A stretch of DNA of 64,000 nucleotides. Origin: Callorhinchus milii. Lineage: Eukaryota. The DNA is taken from positions 79,672,001 to 79,736,000 of the forward strand of contig NW_024704742.1 in the NCBI RefSeq assembly GCF_018977255.1. Direction: 5' to 3'. The position numbers and the translations under genes are program-made. Below are positions 1 through 13,000 of the stretch, piece after piece. Under the pieces are notes generated by a model. The model was not told the DNA's origin and ran no database searches. It saw nothing but the letters and a program-made list of their open reading frames with translations. How positions within the stretch are numbered: the stretch's first letter is position 1; the number at the start of each line of letters is the position of its first letter.

Positions 1-992
1 TTGGTTTCATGTGTATTTTAAAAGCAGGAGTAACCATTCAGTCTGTGCCACCAATCAATTGATCAATCAATTCATCAATCAGTCTCTCCACCCACTCATC
101 CATTCATCTACCCATCCATCTCCAAGCCAATATAAAACTGACAAATATTTCAATCCACTGTGTGAGTCATTCCATAGTTAAAGCAGAATGGGTCCAGAGT
201 ATTACAGTTGTAAAAATACTGTGGTTGTACATTTTCATATATAGAATAATTGCCAAATACAATTATAATGCAGTAATTTTGTAATCAATCTCTCTCTTTC
301 AAATTTCTCAATCTATTGTCTATCATTTGTCTTCTGAGCCAGCGCATTCCACATTCTCAAAACCTTTCATGAAGATAATGTTTTCTTAATTCAATTGTAA
401 ACAGCTCTAATTTTAAGATCTCAATTCCATGGATGTTAAATTGTATGACAAATGGTCCAACAAATAAGACCAGGTGAGAGAGAGTGAAATTCCACCTAGG
501 CCCATATTTACTCTATTTATATGTAGCATTTCAGCTGCCTATTTGGCAAATTGTTGAATTCAGTCTCAACTTTGTAGTTAACCCTGTAATGATGAGTCAA
601 CAGACTCGCTAACATTCTGCTCAAGTGTAGATGTCATTGTGATCCATCTGATTTTGTGCGTGCACGAGAATATGTCTTTAGAAGTTTACATTCTCTGAGT
701 TGTTGGTCTCAGGTGGGGATGCATGGGGAGGCTAAATTGCCCCTGGTCTTTCTTGGAGTAGAGTAGAGAAAAACAGCTTCTACAACATATTATTAGAGCC
801 CTGGGATGCTGCAGTATTTCCAGTATGATTTTCAGTTTCCAGATCCTCAAAGTAAAAGCAACATGAATTATACAGAATATCAGCATTCACTCAATTTGCA
901 CATTAGAAAGAACTGGGACATCAATTAATTGTTTGATCATTGCATGAACTGTTTCTAAGAACTCGTAAGAATAGCATCAAATTTAATCTCAC

Positions 993-1080
993 CACATGGC
1001 CCCTCTCTGTAGTTTACATCATCTATGGCAATGTTTGCTTGACTGGTCATCGAGTTTTCATTGTAGCCCTCCAAAATGAT
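993..1080 (-). CDS. Exon: MAM domain part 4 ([29 protein letters not shown]). Either splices at G|gtgaga or reads on to a stop at 955-957
   Basis: ttcatttttgcag|ATC, phase 0. I.LEG ... IAIDDV....G.C is the canonical MAM C-terminus. Confidence 0.92.
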
Positions 1081-4000
1081 CTGCAAAAATGAACAGGAAA
1101 GTTTAACAAAAAATATTATACTTGCAATTAACAAAATAATGACAATACTTGAATTTGATAGAGCACATTATTATGTATCGATCACAAGATTTATTGTGGC
1201 GCGAAGGTGAACACGGCAGCCAATTTGCACACAGCAATATCCCACCATCAGTCACAAGTGAATGAATAATTCTATCTGTCAGGTTTTTGGCCAGGTCATT
1301 GGAAGAAGCTCCATTTTCTTTGAATACCGCCATAGGATCTTTAATGTCTACAGGTAGACAGGTGCAGCACTGCATTGGAATATCAGCCTAAATTAGATGA
1401 GTTCCAAGTCCTAACATTGGGCTTGAACCCACAACCTTCTGACTCCAAGGAGGAAGTGCAATCAACTGAGCAAGGCTGATGCACAATTTACAGGGAGCCA
1501 CCTCCCTTCCAAGCTAAACAACAGCTGTATGGATTAAAATACTTTACGAAGCAAAAACTTGTACCGCACAGCGTGCTTGGCATTGGTGAATCTGAAATTC
1601 ATTCATTCTGAGAGTGAATGATTATTCCGTTGTCTAGGAACCTAATAATTATGCAAGGAATAATTAACTGCAGTAAAATACAAACTAAATGCAGGTAATT
1701 ATCACTTGATGAAGAACATATTTACTTTATATGAAAAGTCACGGAACAAACACATGACATTATTGTATGCACATAAGATCAGAATAGAACAGGTGGCTAA
1801 TACCATTTTGTAACATGCCATTGTTTGCCATCTCTAATGCACTCTGCTCACCAATGCTGTCATTTGCCTATATGATTTACTCTTCAAATGTTATTTTGGT
1901 GTACACCTGGCTCAGTTCATAGCATTCTTGCTTCTGAGTCAAAATGCTGTGGGTTCAAACCCTATGTTGAGATTTTAAAATCATATAGTGTAAGCTGATG
2001 CTCCAATACAGTGGGGTGCATTGTTGGTGGTGCTATCCTTTGGATGAGACATTAAGCTGAGATCTCATCTGTGTGTTGAGGTGGACGTTAAAGATCCCAT
2101 GGTACTATTCAAAAATAGAAAGGATTTCCTCCTGGTGACCTAGTCAAAATCCCCCAAAATAAAATTGATCTTTCATGGCACAGTTGTGTATGGGACATTG
2201 CTTTGCACAAATTGGCTGCTGCTTTCACCTACTGAATTCACGATCACTACATTTTGCAGCAAATTCTGTGAAGCGATTTGAGACATTTCAAAAACATGAG
2301 AGGCACAACATTAAATAGACTCCAGCAATACCCCAATTCACACTCTTGGATCCCCAAACCTTGGCTCTTGCCAAGCTGTACCTAATTCTTTCCGGAATTA
2401 GGTAAGCAGGATGTATCCCTCCAGAGAGAGAGTGTGCATTCCATTCCAAAAATCTACCCTTGGAATTTCTATGTGTAGATGGAATACATGGAATTCTCAG
2501 TTTGGTTTGGATACACTTCAGCATGGTGATGGGTTTCTACTTGTGTCAGACATTTGGGTGACCAAAAAAAATTCAAGAATTATCATTATTATCTATGTCC
2601 ACAACTTCTCCGGAGTTTCTGAGGTTAGAGGTAAATAATCCAATGTTTTACATAAACACTACAAATTAATCTGAGCACAATTCACTCCATGTAGATTTAC
2701 ATGAATTCTACCCATGGCTTTTGCTAAATTGCAGACTGCCACCCATTCAATAAGAACATAAGAATATAAGAAATGCTAGACGAAAAAAGACCAAGGTCCA
2801 TCTTGTTTATCTTCCACCTTCTTGGCAGTCACATGCACATATGTCCCAAATTACATATGTGCTATATCCCATCATGTTAGTTCTTAAAATAAAACTATCT
2901 AATCTGTGTTTGGAAGAATAAACACTTACTGAATCAACGTTTCCCTAATGAGCCTGTTCCGTAGGTTCAGTATTCGCTCACTGAAATAGTATCTGTGTAG
3001 ATTCATTCTGAGCTCTTCAATTGCAGTCCTTGCCTTCTGATTTTACTATTCTGGACAAATTGAAAAAGTCCATCATGATCTATATTGTCTTTCCCCTTTA
3101 GAATCTTAATTTCAGCAATCATGTCACCTCTCAATTTTCTCTTTTCCAGTATAAACATGCCCAATTTATTTAGTCGCTCCTCATAGTCCAGTCATTCCAA
3201 TCCCTCCATCATTTTGGTTGCCCTCCTTTGTATCTTCTTGATTTCTCCAATAGTCATTTTGTACTGCAACAACCAGAACTGTACATAGTACTCTAAGTAT
3301 TGTCTCACCAATGATCTATACAGTGGCAGGATTACCCCACTATTTTAGCTTGCTATTGATCTTTTGATACATCACATCATCTGGTTTGCTTCATTCACTG
3401 CCACAGTGCATTGTTGGGAGAAAATTATTGTCAACAGGACCCCCAGATTTTTAATTTTGCATACATGTATTTTCCTTCCATTCAAATAATAGTCCCTTCC
3501 AGGATTTTTTGTCCACATGTGAAATATTTTACAATTCTCCACATTGAATTTCACCTGCCACCGATCTGCCCAATTCCCAAGTATGTTCAAATCTTCCTGT
3601 AACCTATCTTGTTCAGCTTCACAATCTGCCACCTTCATTAGCTTGGTCATCTGCGAACTTAGCCACTGTGCTTGCGAATTCAAGTTCCAGATGGTAGCAT
3701 AGCCACATGTAAATTGGCAATATACCCAATCTCCCATTCTGCTACTTGTGTTGATTACAGAATAATGATAAAAGGCTACGATTCGAAGAAGGATAATGCT
3801 GATGTTCTCACTGGAAGTGAACTCCTTTTTCTGCTCAGGAAGGCTGTTCATGTTGCCTTTAAGAGCACATGAAATCTTGCAGGATCTAATTAAAAAGACC
3901 TTCCAGGAAGCGGATTGGAGCCCTGTGCATAAATAATCAGGTAGAAGTTACAAGGCTGAATTCCAAAAAATAGAAATCAAGAGAATACCATCAATAGTAA

Positions 4001-7000
4001 AAAGTAGCCAAAATAAATTCATACAATCATACAACAGGAAACAGCAGGAAACTACAGGAAAGAGGCTATTCACCCCATCAAGAGCGATATTGTAATTCCC
4101 TACATGAGGCACCGCACATCCAAGTCTACTCTTCTGTATTTCTCCTCATGTCCTTTAATATTTGTTCTTCTTAAAGCATCGCTCCTATTCCCTTTTGAAA
4201 TTATTTATGTGCTCTGCTTCCACTGGAATTTATGGCCATATTCCAACCACCATCTGTGTGTTGGGTTTATGTATTCTCACCTTCCCTTTAGTTCATTTTT
4301 ATAACTTCCCATTGAATTTCATTCAGCTGCAAATAAACATTCACTACATTTTATGGTAAATCCTGTGAAGAGCTTTGAGACATTTTGACGATGTGATAAA
4401 GCGCTATATCAAATGAAAGGATTATGATTTTTATTTTGCGATTTTTTGTGAGGTTTGTGTCATCTCATTATTTAATTGTCTCCAATAGGTCACAACATAT
4501 AACTTCCACAGAACTGATCATAAATACAGCCATTACATTTTACGTTAAACCCTTTGAAGCACTTTGAGCTGTTCAACAGCATGATAAGGAACTATATACC
4601 AAATGTTGGGATTATTATTGTTATTTTACTTTTGGCATCTGTTTTTAGTTCCATGATGAAGACAGTAATATTTTTGCTCGATTTCATTTTTATATTTGAA
4701 ATGACAAGATTCTACTTTTTTTCTACAGTCGTACTAATTAAGAGCTGCTTTGTGCAAATATTTTTTGACTCATGACAAGAGAAAATACTGTGAATCTTAT
4801 GACAGAAAATGCGAGAAATGCACAAAAGCTAATAATAATAATAAAAATATCCTTGCATTTGCTAAAGCTGTTTATGTGAAAACATCACTAAACAATACAA
4901 ATTTGCATTTCAATAGTACCTTTCACATTGGGAAGACGTTCCAAATCACTCCACATTACTGCTGGGCATCCTAGTGCAGGTAGGACCCAAGGAGAGCATG
5001 GAGGGGAAATGTAGCCAAAAGTGCAGTCAAAGGGATAGGTCTTGAAAGAGGGGAGGGAGTGAGCAAGTCAGAGGGACTCCAGGATGGAGCCAATCCAGTA
5101 TCATCAAGCGCTTTGAGACATCCTCCCGGCATGAAAGGCACTATATAAATGTAAATGTATTGTTACCGCAGAGAAAAAGCCACACGACTTATCAAATCTG
5201 TGACAATGTTTTCCCTGCATTATCCATCAAATCTAATCCCACTTTCCTGTTCACTCCTCATATCCTCTAGTATTAGAATAATAATACTTGCATTTGGTAT
5301 GGTGTCTTATGACGTCTTTGAGATGTCTCAAAGCGCTTCACAGAGTATACTGTAAAGTAAATTGACTGCATATTTTATGTGAAAAAGTATTCCTTATTTT
5401 CAAGTATCTAATCACCCAGAGGATACAGTTCAAGAACCTGGTCATCACCTTCAAAGCCCCCCATGGCCTTGCTAACCCTACCTCTGTGACCTCCAAACCC
5501 CCAACCAACCTGTCCACCCCTCCACTCAGCGGACTCTGGCCCATTCCATATCCCCCGCCTTGCCCGTCCCACCATTGGCAGGCAGGTCATCAGACACTCT
5601 GCCCCCACCCTCTGGATCTCCATCCCACAGTGACTCCGCCTCGTCCCCCCCTCCCTTGCCACCTTCAAGACCCTCCTCTTCGACTGTGCCTTCAGTTACA
5701 CTCCTAGCCCTCCACTCCCTGCCCTCCACCCCTCCTGACGACAAACACCAACTCGGGTGCAGATCCCTGACTGTCCAGCGCCTTGGGATGTCCTCCTGAC
5801 ATGAAAGGTGCGACACAAATGTAATTTGTTGTTGTTGCCTTAAAAAGAATCTGCAGACTATGTCTCAACATCCTTTCTATCAACTCCCTTGACAGGCTGA
5901 GAGACTGGCCCATTTACCAGCCAGAAAAAAATGTGCATAAGCTTCATTGGAACATGCTGGTGGTTGTTTTTGACATATTGCCTCTTCTGAAGTGAAGAAA
6001 ATCACTTCTTGGGAGGTGGTGGGGTGGGGAGGGGGAGAGGGGGAGGGGAGAAGGGGAGGGTTCCAGGAAAAATCAGCGTCACATCATCTCCCTTTCAATA
6101 CTGTTTCTGAGTAGGTGGTGTCGGTGGAGAGAGGTTGGGGCGGGTGGGTGGGAGGTGGAACACAGGAGAAGATGTTGCCTGAAACACTAGACATTATGTT
6201 ATCTCAGTGGAATATAAAAAAACTGCTTGAGCATTTTAACAACAGTCGAATCCTGTTGACAAGAAAGATAAAAGATTGCATGGCTCGCTTCTAATTTTCC
6301 AGCAGAGCACCCGTGGAATCACACAGATTACATTTCTTTATAATTAGTAATTAACATGATGCATTGTTGCAGTCATTTCTGCTAGTTGCAAACAGAATTT
6401 AAAACTGTGCCTGCCTTTGCAGGCAGAGAGCAGCTTTCTCACATAATTTAGATGTCAAGATCTGTATAATGACACACAGGTTCATGGAGGAAGAGCATTA
6501 AACAGCAACAACTTGCATTTACATAGGCTGAGCAAGGCAGATGGACAGGGAAGTGACTTTAAGCGCAGTCAAACAGGCAGGTTTTCGGGTGGGAATTAAA
6601 GATTAATAAAAATGGGCGAAGCGGAAGGTTAGAGGCAGGGAGTCCTAGAGCTTAGGATGGAGACAGATGCCATCTTTATTTCTAATTGTCATTCATAGGC
6701 ACGAGAACAGCAATTTAAATCTTTCAATTTTAAAATTGATAGTATCTGGCAATGAGGCACAAAATCCATGCTGTCTGTCGTGTGGATTGAGAAAGGCCAA
6801 TTAAAGGCTATGTCAATCCATTCTATCTGAGAGGATGGGTGGTTGGGAGGGGTTGGGGGAAAAAAAATCTGAAACAAGGAACAATTACTGGTGGTAAAGA
6901 CTGTCATCTAACCTCCAAGAGGCTAAATTAACTCAGCTCAGGCTGCTTCAGTAATTAAAACCTTGCCTTCAACTCCAAAGAATGATTGAGATTATTGGAC

Positions 7001-10000
7001 GCTGGGGATGAACAGCAATTTCAGAGAGGGAATTTAAATTTGATCCAGATTCAGACTCTTTGAACTTATTTTGTAACAACTGAAATTTAGCTGCATTTAG
7101 ATTTGATTTCTTTGGAGAGCAAATATAACTAAACTTGTTAATATGAACCATTTAAAATTGGACCTCAGGAACTGAATATCTGGAAACGTTTGAATGTTCA
7201 GACCAATTGGATGCAATCACACATATCGATTGTAAATAATGAAAACCTCTATGCTTTCGCCTTCTGCAATGGACAATTGCAATGCATAGCCTAACGTCAA
7301 AGTGACAACTAGTTGTGCTTAAGAAACGAACCATACTAAATATTTAATTATATTATCCATTTCTCTCAGAAAGCTGAACTCTTACCTTTCAAACTTTCAA
7401 TCTTATGCACTTTTGCTTACAAAATATAGTCACAGCATTTTAAAATATAACCGATGACGTGAAAGGGGCTATACCAACTGTAAGGATTATTATAAAGTAT
7501 GTAAACTGTTCTTTGTAACCACCCTTTCCCCTCAAAATTTCTCAGCATTAAGAAATGCCACGAATTAAACTCTTTTATGAGCAGTATAATAGAGCTTATA
7601 TTGACACCTCGTGAACAACAGAAACTGTGATGGTAAGTGCATGGATCAAAATTTCTGCCAAGCTTTAACCAAGAAAGCTCATCAGAGCTATACCCGACCC
7701 TTGAAAACATCAGAATTATCGATCTTTTGAATGTTTGATGTATACAGAAATTACCGCAGGTCAGATTGCATATTCCGCTCAGGATTTTTTTTCTTCACTC
7801 CTCTTCCTCCACGACCATGAGGCAAACTTGATGTCAGTTACAAAAAGATCCTCACAAACTTTCCTGCACCAAGTGAGAATGTTTCCCCTGTAGAGTTAAA
7901 ACCAGTGGGTTGCTATACAAGCAAAATTGATTCTAGCTTTTGCCTCCAGTCATGCCTTAGCTGCAGAGAGAAGTTGGCAACTTTTTTTCTTCCTACTCTA
8001 ATTCCCATCACATTATATTCTTTCAAAATTTCAAACAGGTAGTCATTCGCCTGCACCTAATACAACATTTATTTTTCAGCCCAAAAAATCATCTTGGTTT
8101 GAAATTAGATATGAGTAATCCAAGGAGACTAAATGTGTTCACTCCCTAAGGAATAGCCAGATGCTATCATGGAAGAATGAGATAAAATAGGCCAAAGGCT
8201 CTTCTTCACAAGTATCACAAGTCAACAAGATTAATTTAGATGAAGAAGACCCATCTGATCTCATTCTAGCAGAATTCCCACCCTACTATCTTCCTATTGC
8301 AGCATCAATTTTTTTTAAATGAGTCCAGTACTCTGGTCTCAACCACCCTTCACGGCAATCTTTTCCAGTCATTAATTATCCTTTTTTGCTCATGCAAACC
8401 TTTTTGTGATGCAGACACACACTTTCACTTTTAATTTCATTGTCAGGAAAATGATAATGAATATTATACATAAATGCAGCATGTTCTTCAGACGTACAAA
8501 ATAATATTATGCAAAAGACTTATATCTACACTTACCAGAGAAGTATAAAGGTAATATACCATAACATTCTCAACCAATAATTATATTTTCTAATGGGTTA
8601 AACAAGGCCAACCAAGTTCCATTCAAATCTCTAATTGCTGTCCAGTACCAGGCTTATTCCTCACTATCTAATGCTAGTCCCTCACAGCAAGTCCCATTCA
8701 TGTTATTCCTTGGTTCTGAGTTCTACCCAAAACTCTGAAGTGTATATTAGGATGATATTTGTGGCCTTTCACATTACCACATGAAAACACCAAAAACTGC
8801 ACCCCCATAATTTTTATATAGGTGTGCACGAGCACAATGATAACAATAATCCTTACATTTGATATAGCGCCTTTCACATTGTGAGGATGTCTCAAAGCTT
8901 TTTCAGGAAATATTTAAAGTGTAGTGATTATTTTGTGGCAGCCAATCGCGCACAGTAATGTAACACAAACAGCCATGAAGTAACAATTTCATCTAAAGGA
9001 TTGTTAATCAGGTCACCGAGAGAAATTTCCTTCTCTATGAATGCGGAAGAAAAGTGCATTGGACGGTATATTTGAAGTCTGTGAAGCACAACAGATGAAA
9101 TATTCACACTTTTGAGATGGAATTACCTAGGTAGAAGATGGAGCTGGAGATTGGGGGCATAAGAAATAGTGAACAATACTATTATAGAAAATAACACTGG
9201 ACAGACAGAAGCCAATTCTCTTTTTGAGGGTTGTATATTTATTTGTTCCTTATACATTTGTTAAACGTATTCATCAACAGTAATCTGGATAAAACAACGA
9301 AAAGTTGTATCAGAGGCTCTATGTGAGAGATGACTCAGGTGGCTGGCTATCTTAAAACTGTAAAATAATATTTACAAATCCCCTCATCATTTTTTAGATT
9401 CCACACGTGAATCTGAATGAAAGGCATAGATAGGCTTGGCTTTTGATACAAAGCTGGCTCCAGGACTGCTATTGAAGTTAAATAAGTAGCATCTCTATGA
9501 CTGTGCTCGGATGAGTTGGACTACACAAGCATAACATTTTTGCCCATCTTTATCCATCCAGCTTCAAGGTTATGATTTTAACAAAATTCCTCTTATTTGT
9601 AAATGCTCTTATGCACAATTCAACTCTATATAATAAACCATATTCAGAAATGCACATAAAAGATATTTTTTGATTCAAAGGCTAATTCCCCGGAATCTCT
9701 GACACTCTGTCCTCTAAGTGCTGAAGTTTTCTGTAGGTACACCCCTGTGCTTTTTGAGCTGAAGCCATTAAGCAGCTATTAAAGCACAGTATGTCTCCAG
9801 TATTTCTTGGTTGTATATGGTCTGAATGTCAAAGGGAGGAAGACAGCTGGAAACTGTGTGAAATTAAAGAATGCAATACTGATATGTAAATGGAGGTAAG
9901 AAATGGAATATGTATTAAAATTAAACTATGATATTTAGAACTGAAAGATAGTTCTAAGTATCATACTATCATTTTAATACATACCACATTTCTTACCTCC

Positions 10001-13000
10001 ATTCTAATACATCTAAACACTGTAATTTGAAGCAGCAAGGTATCAAAATGTCTGATTATGTAAAATATTACTCATCATATCAAAACATGTTCAAAAGAAG
10101 AAATGCACAGGGAAAAAGAATGAGCCCAATCTTTATTCCTGTATTTCAAACCAGTTTTCAAATCAGGTCTGAGGGCAGCCAAAGTGTGTGCAGGGCATAA
10201 ATCAAGTTCTCATCTATCTTTCAGATGGACATCAAAGAGTCCATGACAATAACAACAATCTACGTTTATACATCGTCTTTCACATCAGTACTGAAATCGA
10301 AAACTATTGGCTTCTTGGCCAACAATTCCTTCAGTAAAGTGATCACTCACTCCATAGTTATTTGTGGGACACTGCTGTGCTCATAATGGCTGTTGCACTT
10401 GATTACAAATTATGTAGACATGTATACATTCAAAGCACTTTATCCCATCCAAAGAAGGGATAGTTATCAGTAAGTGCAAAAACAGTAACTCTGTTTTCTA
10501 ACAACTATCAAACTGGCACTCCCGTGCAGGAATGAAGGAAGGGCTGTATTTGCAGAGGTGCTGTCCTTTGGATGAATTGTTACGTTAGAAAATAAAATCA
10601 GCCAAATCTGTAAGGAAATAACGCTAATTCCTCTAACAAGATATCAGACTGTTTTATTATTATTCGTTCGTTATTCCCCAATATCCCGATGGGTCAGACC
10701 AAAGGCCGGTACAATCAACAGATCTTACAACAGAATAACACCACTATAGATATCTCGAGTTCAAGAGTTCAACACTGTGTCTTTCCAGCACACAAGCTTG
10801 ATTCTTCATGCTTTCAGTCTTCTTGCTTACAGCTTTCAATCTTCTATCTGATATCCTCAATCTTAGTGTTTCCAGCTCTCAGTCTTCCATCTCCGTACCC
10901 TTGTCTCCGCAGCCCGGGATGGCCCCATCTCCCGTATCCTTGTCTCCGCGACCAGGGACAGCTCCATCTCCCGTATCCTTGTCTCCGCGACGGCTCCATC
11001 TCCCGTATCCTTGTCTCCATGACCCGAGACGGCCCCGTACACAAAGTTATCGGAACTCTTATACCAATGTTCATCCAATCATGGTGCGAACATTAGATCA
11101 CCCGGTCGAAATCATGCTGGGTTCACGTGAACACCTCATGGGGTGTACGTGCCTCACACACACAAACACATTGTCCTTGAGACAGTCCGTTATCTTGTGT
11201 ACTTGCAGGGCAGTAGTACACATCTTATCCTTGAGACATTCACGTGATCCTGGGAAACTCATGAGTTTCAGTCCAGCTGCCCACAACACACTTAAAAGTT
11301 AACCCGTTCGCAGCATCTATTGCGATTCTAACATTATACAAAAAGTGTAAATTCTAACAGTTAAACCGAGGTTCTTTCTACTCATTCAGATGCACGTTAA
11401 CAATCCGGCACTACTCATAAAGAGAAGTGATTTTTTCTGGTGCCCTGACCAACAATTCCTCAGACAAAATTAGTCATTTTAATTCATGGCTGTTTACACC
11501 AAATTACAATATTGTTATAAATATTATACATAAATTCTTAATCCTTGTATTTGGTATAGAGGTCTTTCATGTTGGGAGCACGACCCCAAAACCTTCACCT
11601 GTACTGTAAAGTGCATTAGCAACATGCTGCAAATAGCATAAAGTGAATGATCAATTTTATTTGGGGGGATTGTTGGCCAGGACACCAAAAGAAACTCCCT
11701 TCTCTTTTGATAGTGCTACTAGATCCTTAAGGAACAGGCAGACGGGACCTCAATTTAATGTCTCATCTGAAGGACAGCATCTTCGACAATAATATAGTCC
11801 CCACACTGCATTGGACTCTCATCTGAGATTACATGAATTCAAGTCCCAACATGTCGCATAGCACTCACGGAGTTAGTGATGTGGAGAGGCCCACAGCAAG
11901 CTCACCAGCTGGAGAGCCTCTGAGGATCCCACTGAAAGAATGAAAAGGTGTTGAAAACCACCAACGCAGCCAGCTAGTAACTTAGAAAAACAATGACAAC
12001 TTGCATTTATATAGCACCCTTCATGCAGGTTATTGTCTCGAAACACTTAACAGTGATGTAATCTGATACCAAGCCAGGGAGAGGTAGTTGAAGAGAAGAA
12101 ACACATCCCCAGAGAAGGTGCAGGCCTGGATACCTTACAGAAGAGAGTTCAGCTCGCCCAAGGGTTGGAACTTTGCGATTTCATAAAATGGATTTGGCAT
12201 TAATCCAGGTTAAGAGCAGCAGAAAGCAAGCAGCAAGGACGTTCCCACTGAGAGTTGTTTACCATGTGTTCAGCTCCCTTGGTAATTAAATTTCTTGCAA
12301 AGTTCTTGGTTGGTTTCATAAGTATTGTAGGATTAGGAGTACCCAATCAATCTGTTGAGCCTCCTCTGCAATTTTATTTGTCCACAATGTGACATTTGAG
12401 AAAGAGCATTGAGACTTCCTCTTGACGTGAAAGGGGCAATGTTAAATGCAAGGATCATTATTATTTTTTCTATTGTAGTTAAATCCAGTCTATGATTCAT
12501 GCACTTTCTTTATAAAATGAAAATCCTGAAGACAGGCTGGATTGGCAGAATCTTGTGCAGTGTAACATGACCACATTGACAACTGTGCAGTCAATACAGT
12601 TGACAATCATCGACATGTCATGCCTGTGACATCCTTTCCCCCTCCAATCTTCAGTGGGATGATTGGATCGCAAGTCAAATTGGAGTCCTTCAGCAGAACA
12701 TGGATCATGTTATAGCATACCAGCTTAACTCAACAAAAAATCATTTAACAACAATTTTATACAGTGTCATATATGTTGGGAGGACGTCTCGAAAAGTCTT
12801 CTCAAACCAATTTTTTTAAAATGGTCCTTGACAAAGTGCCATTTTGGTGCCAAGCCAGTTGTGTTAAGTACCTTGGGACATCCTCCTGACATGAAAGGCA
12901 TTATGTAAATGTAACAACATGCTAATTAACACATCACATGTCAGAATATTCACTCCCATTATTAGGAATAAAAAAGGCGAAAAGCCAGTTGGTACATTTT

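Noticed and set aside
10886..11037. CRISPR-like spaced repeats
   Set aside because: Eukaryotic context, the spacers are short and related to each other, and the array lies inside an LTR; it is a minisatellite.
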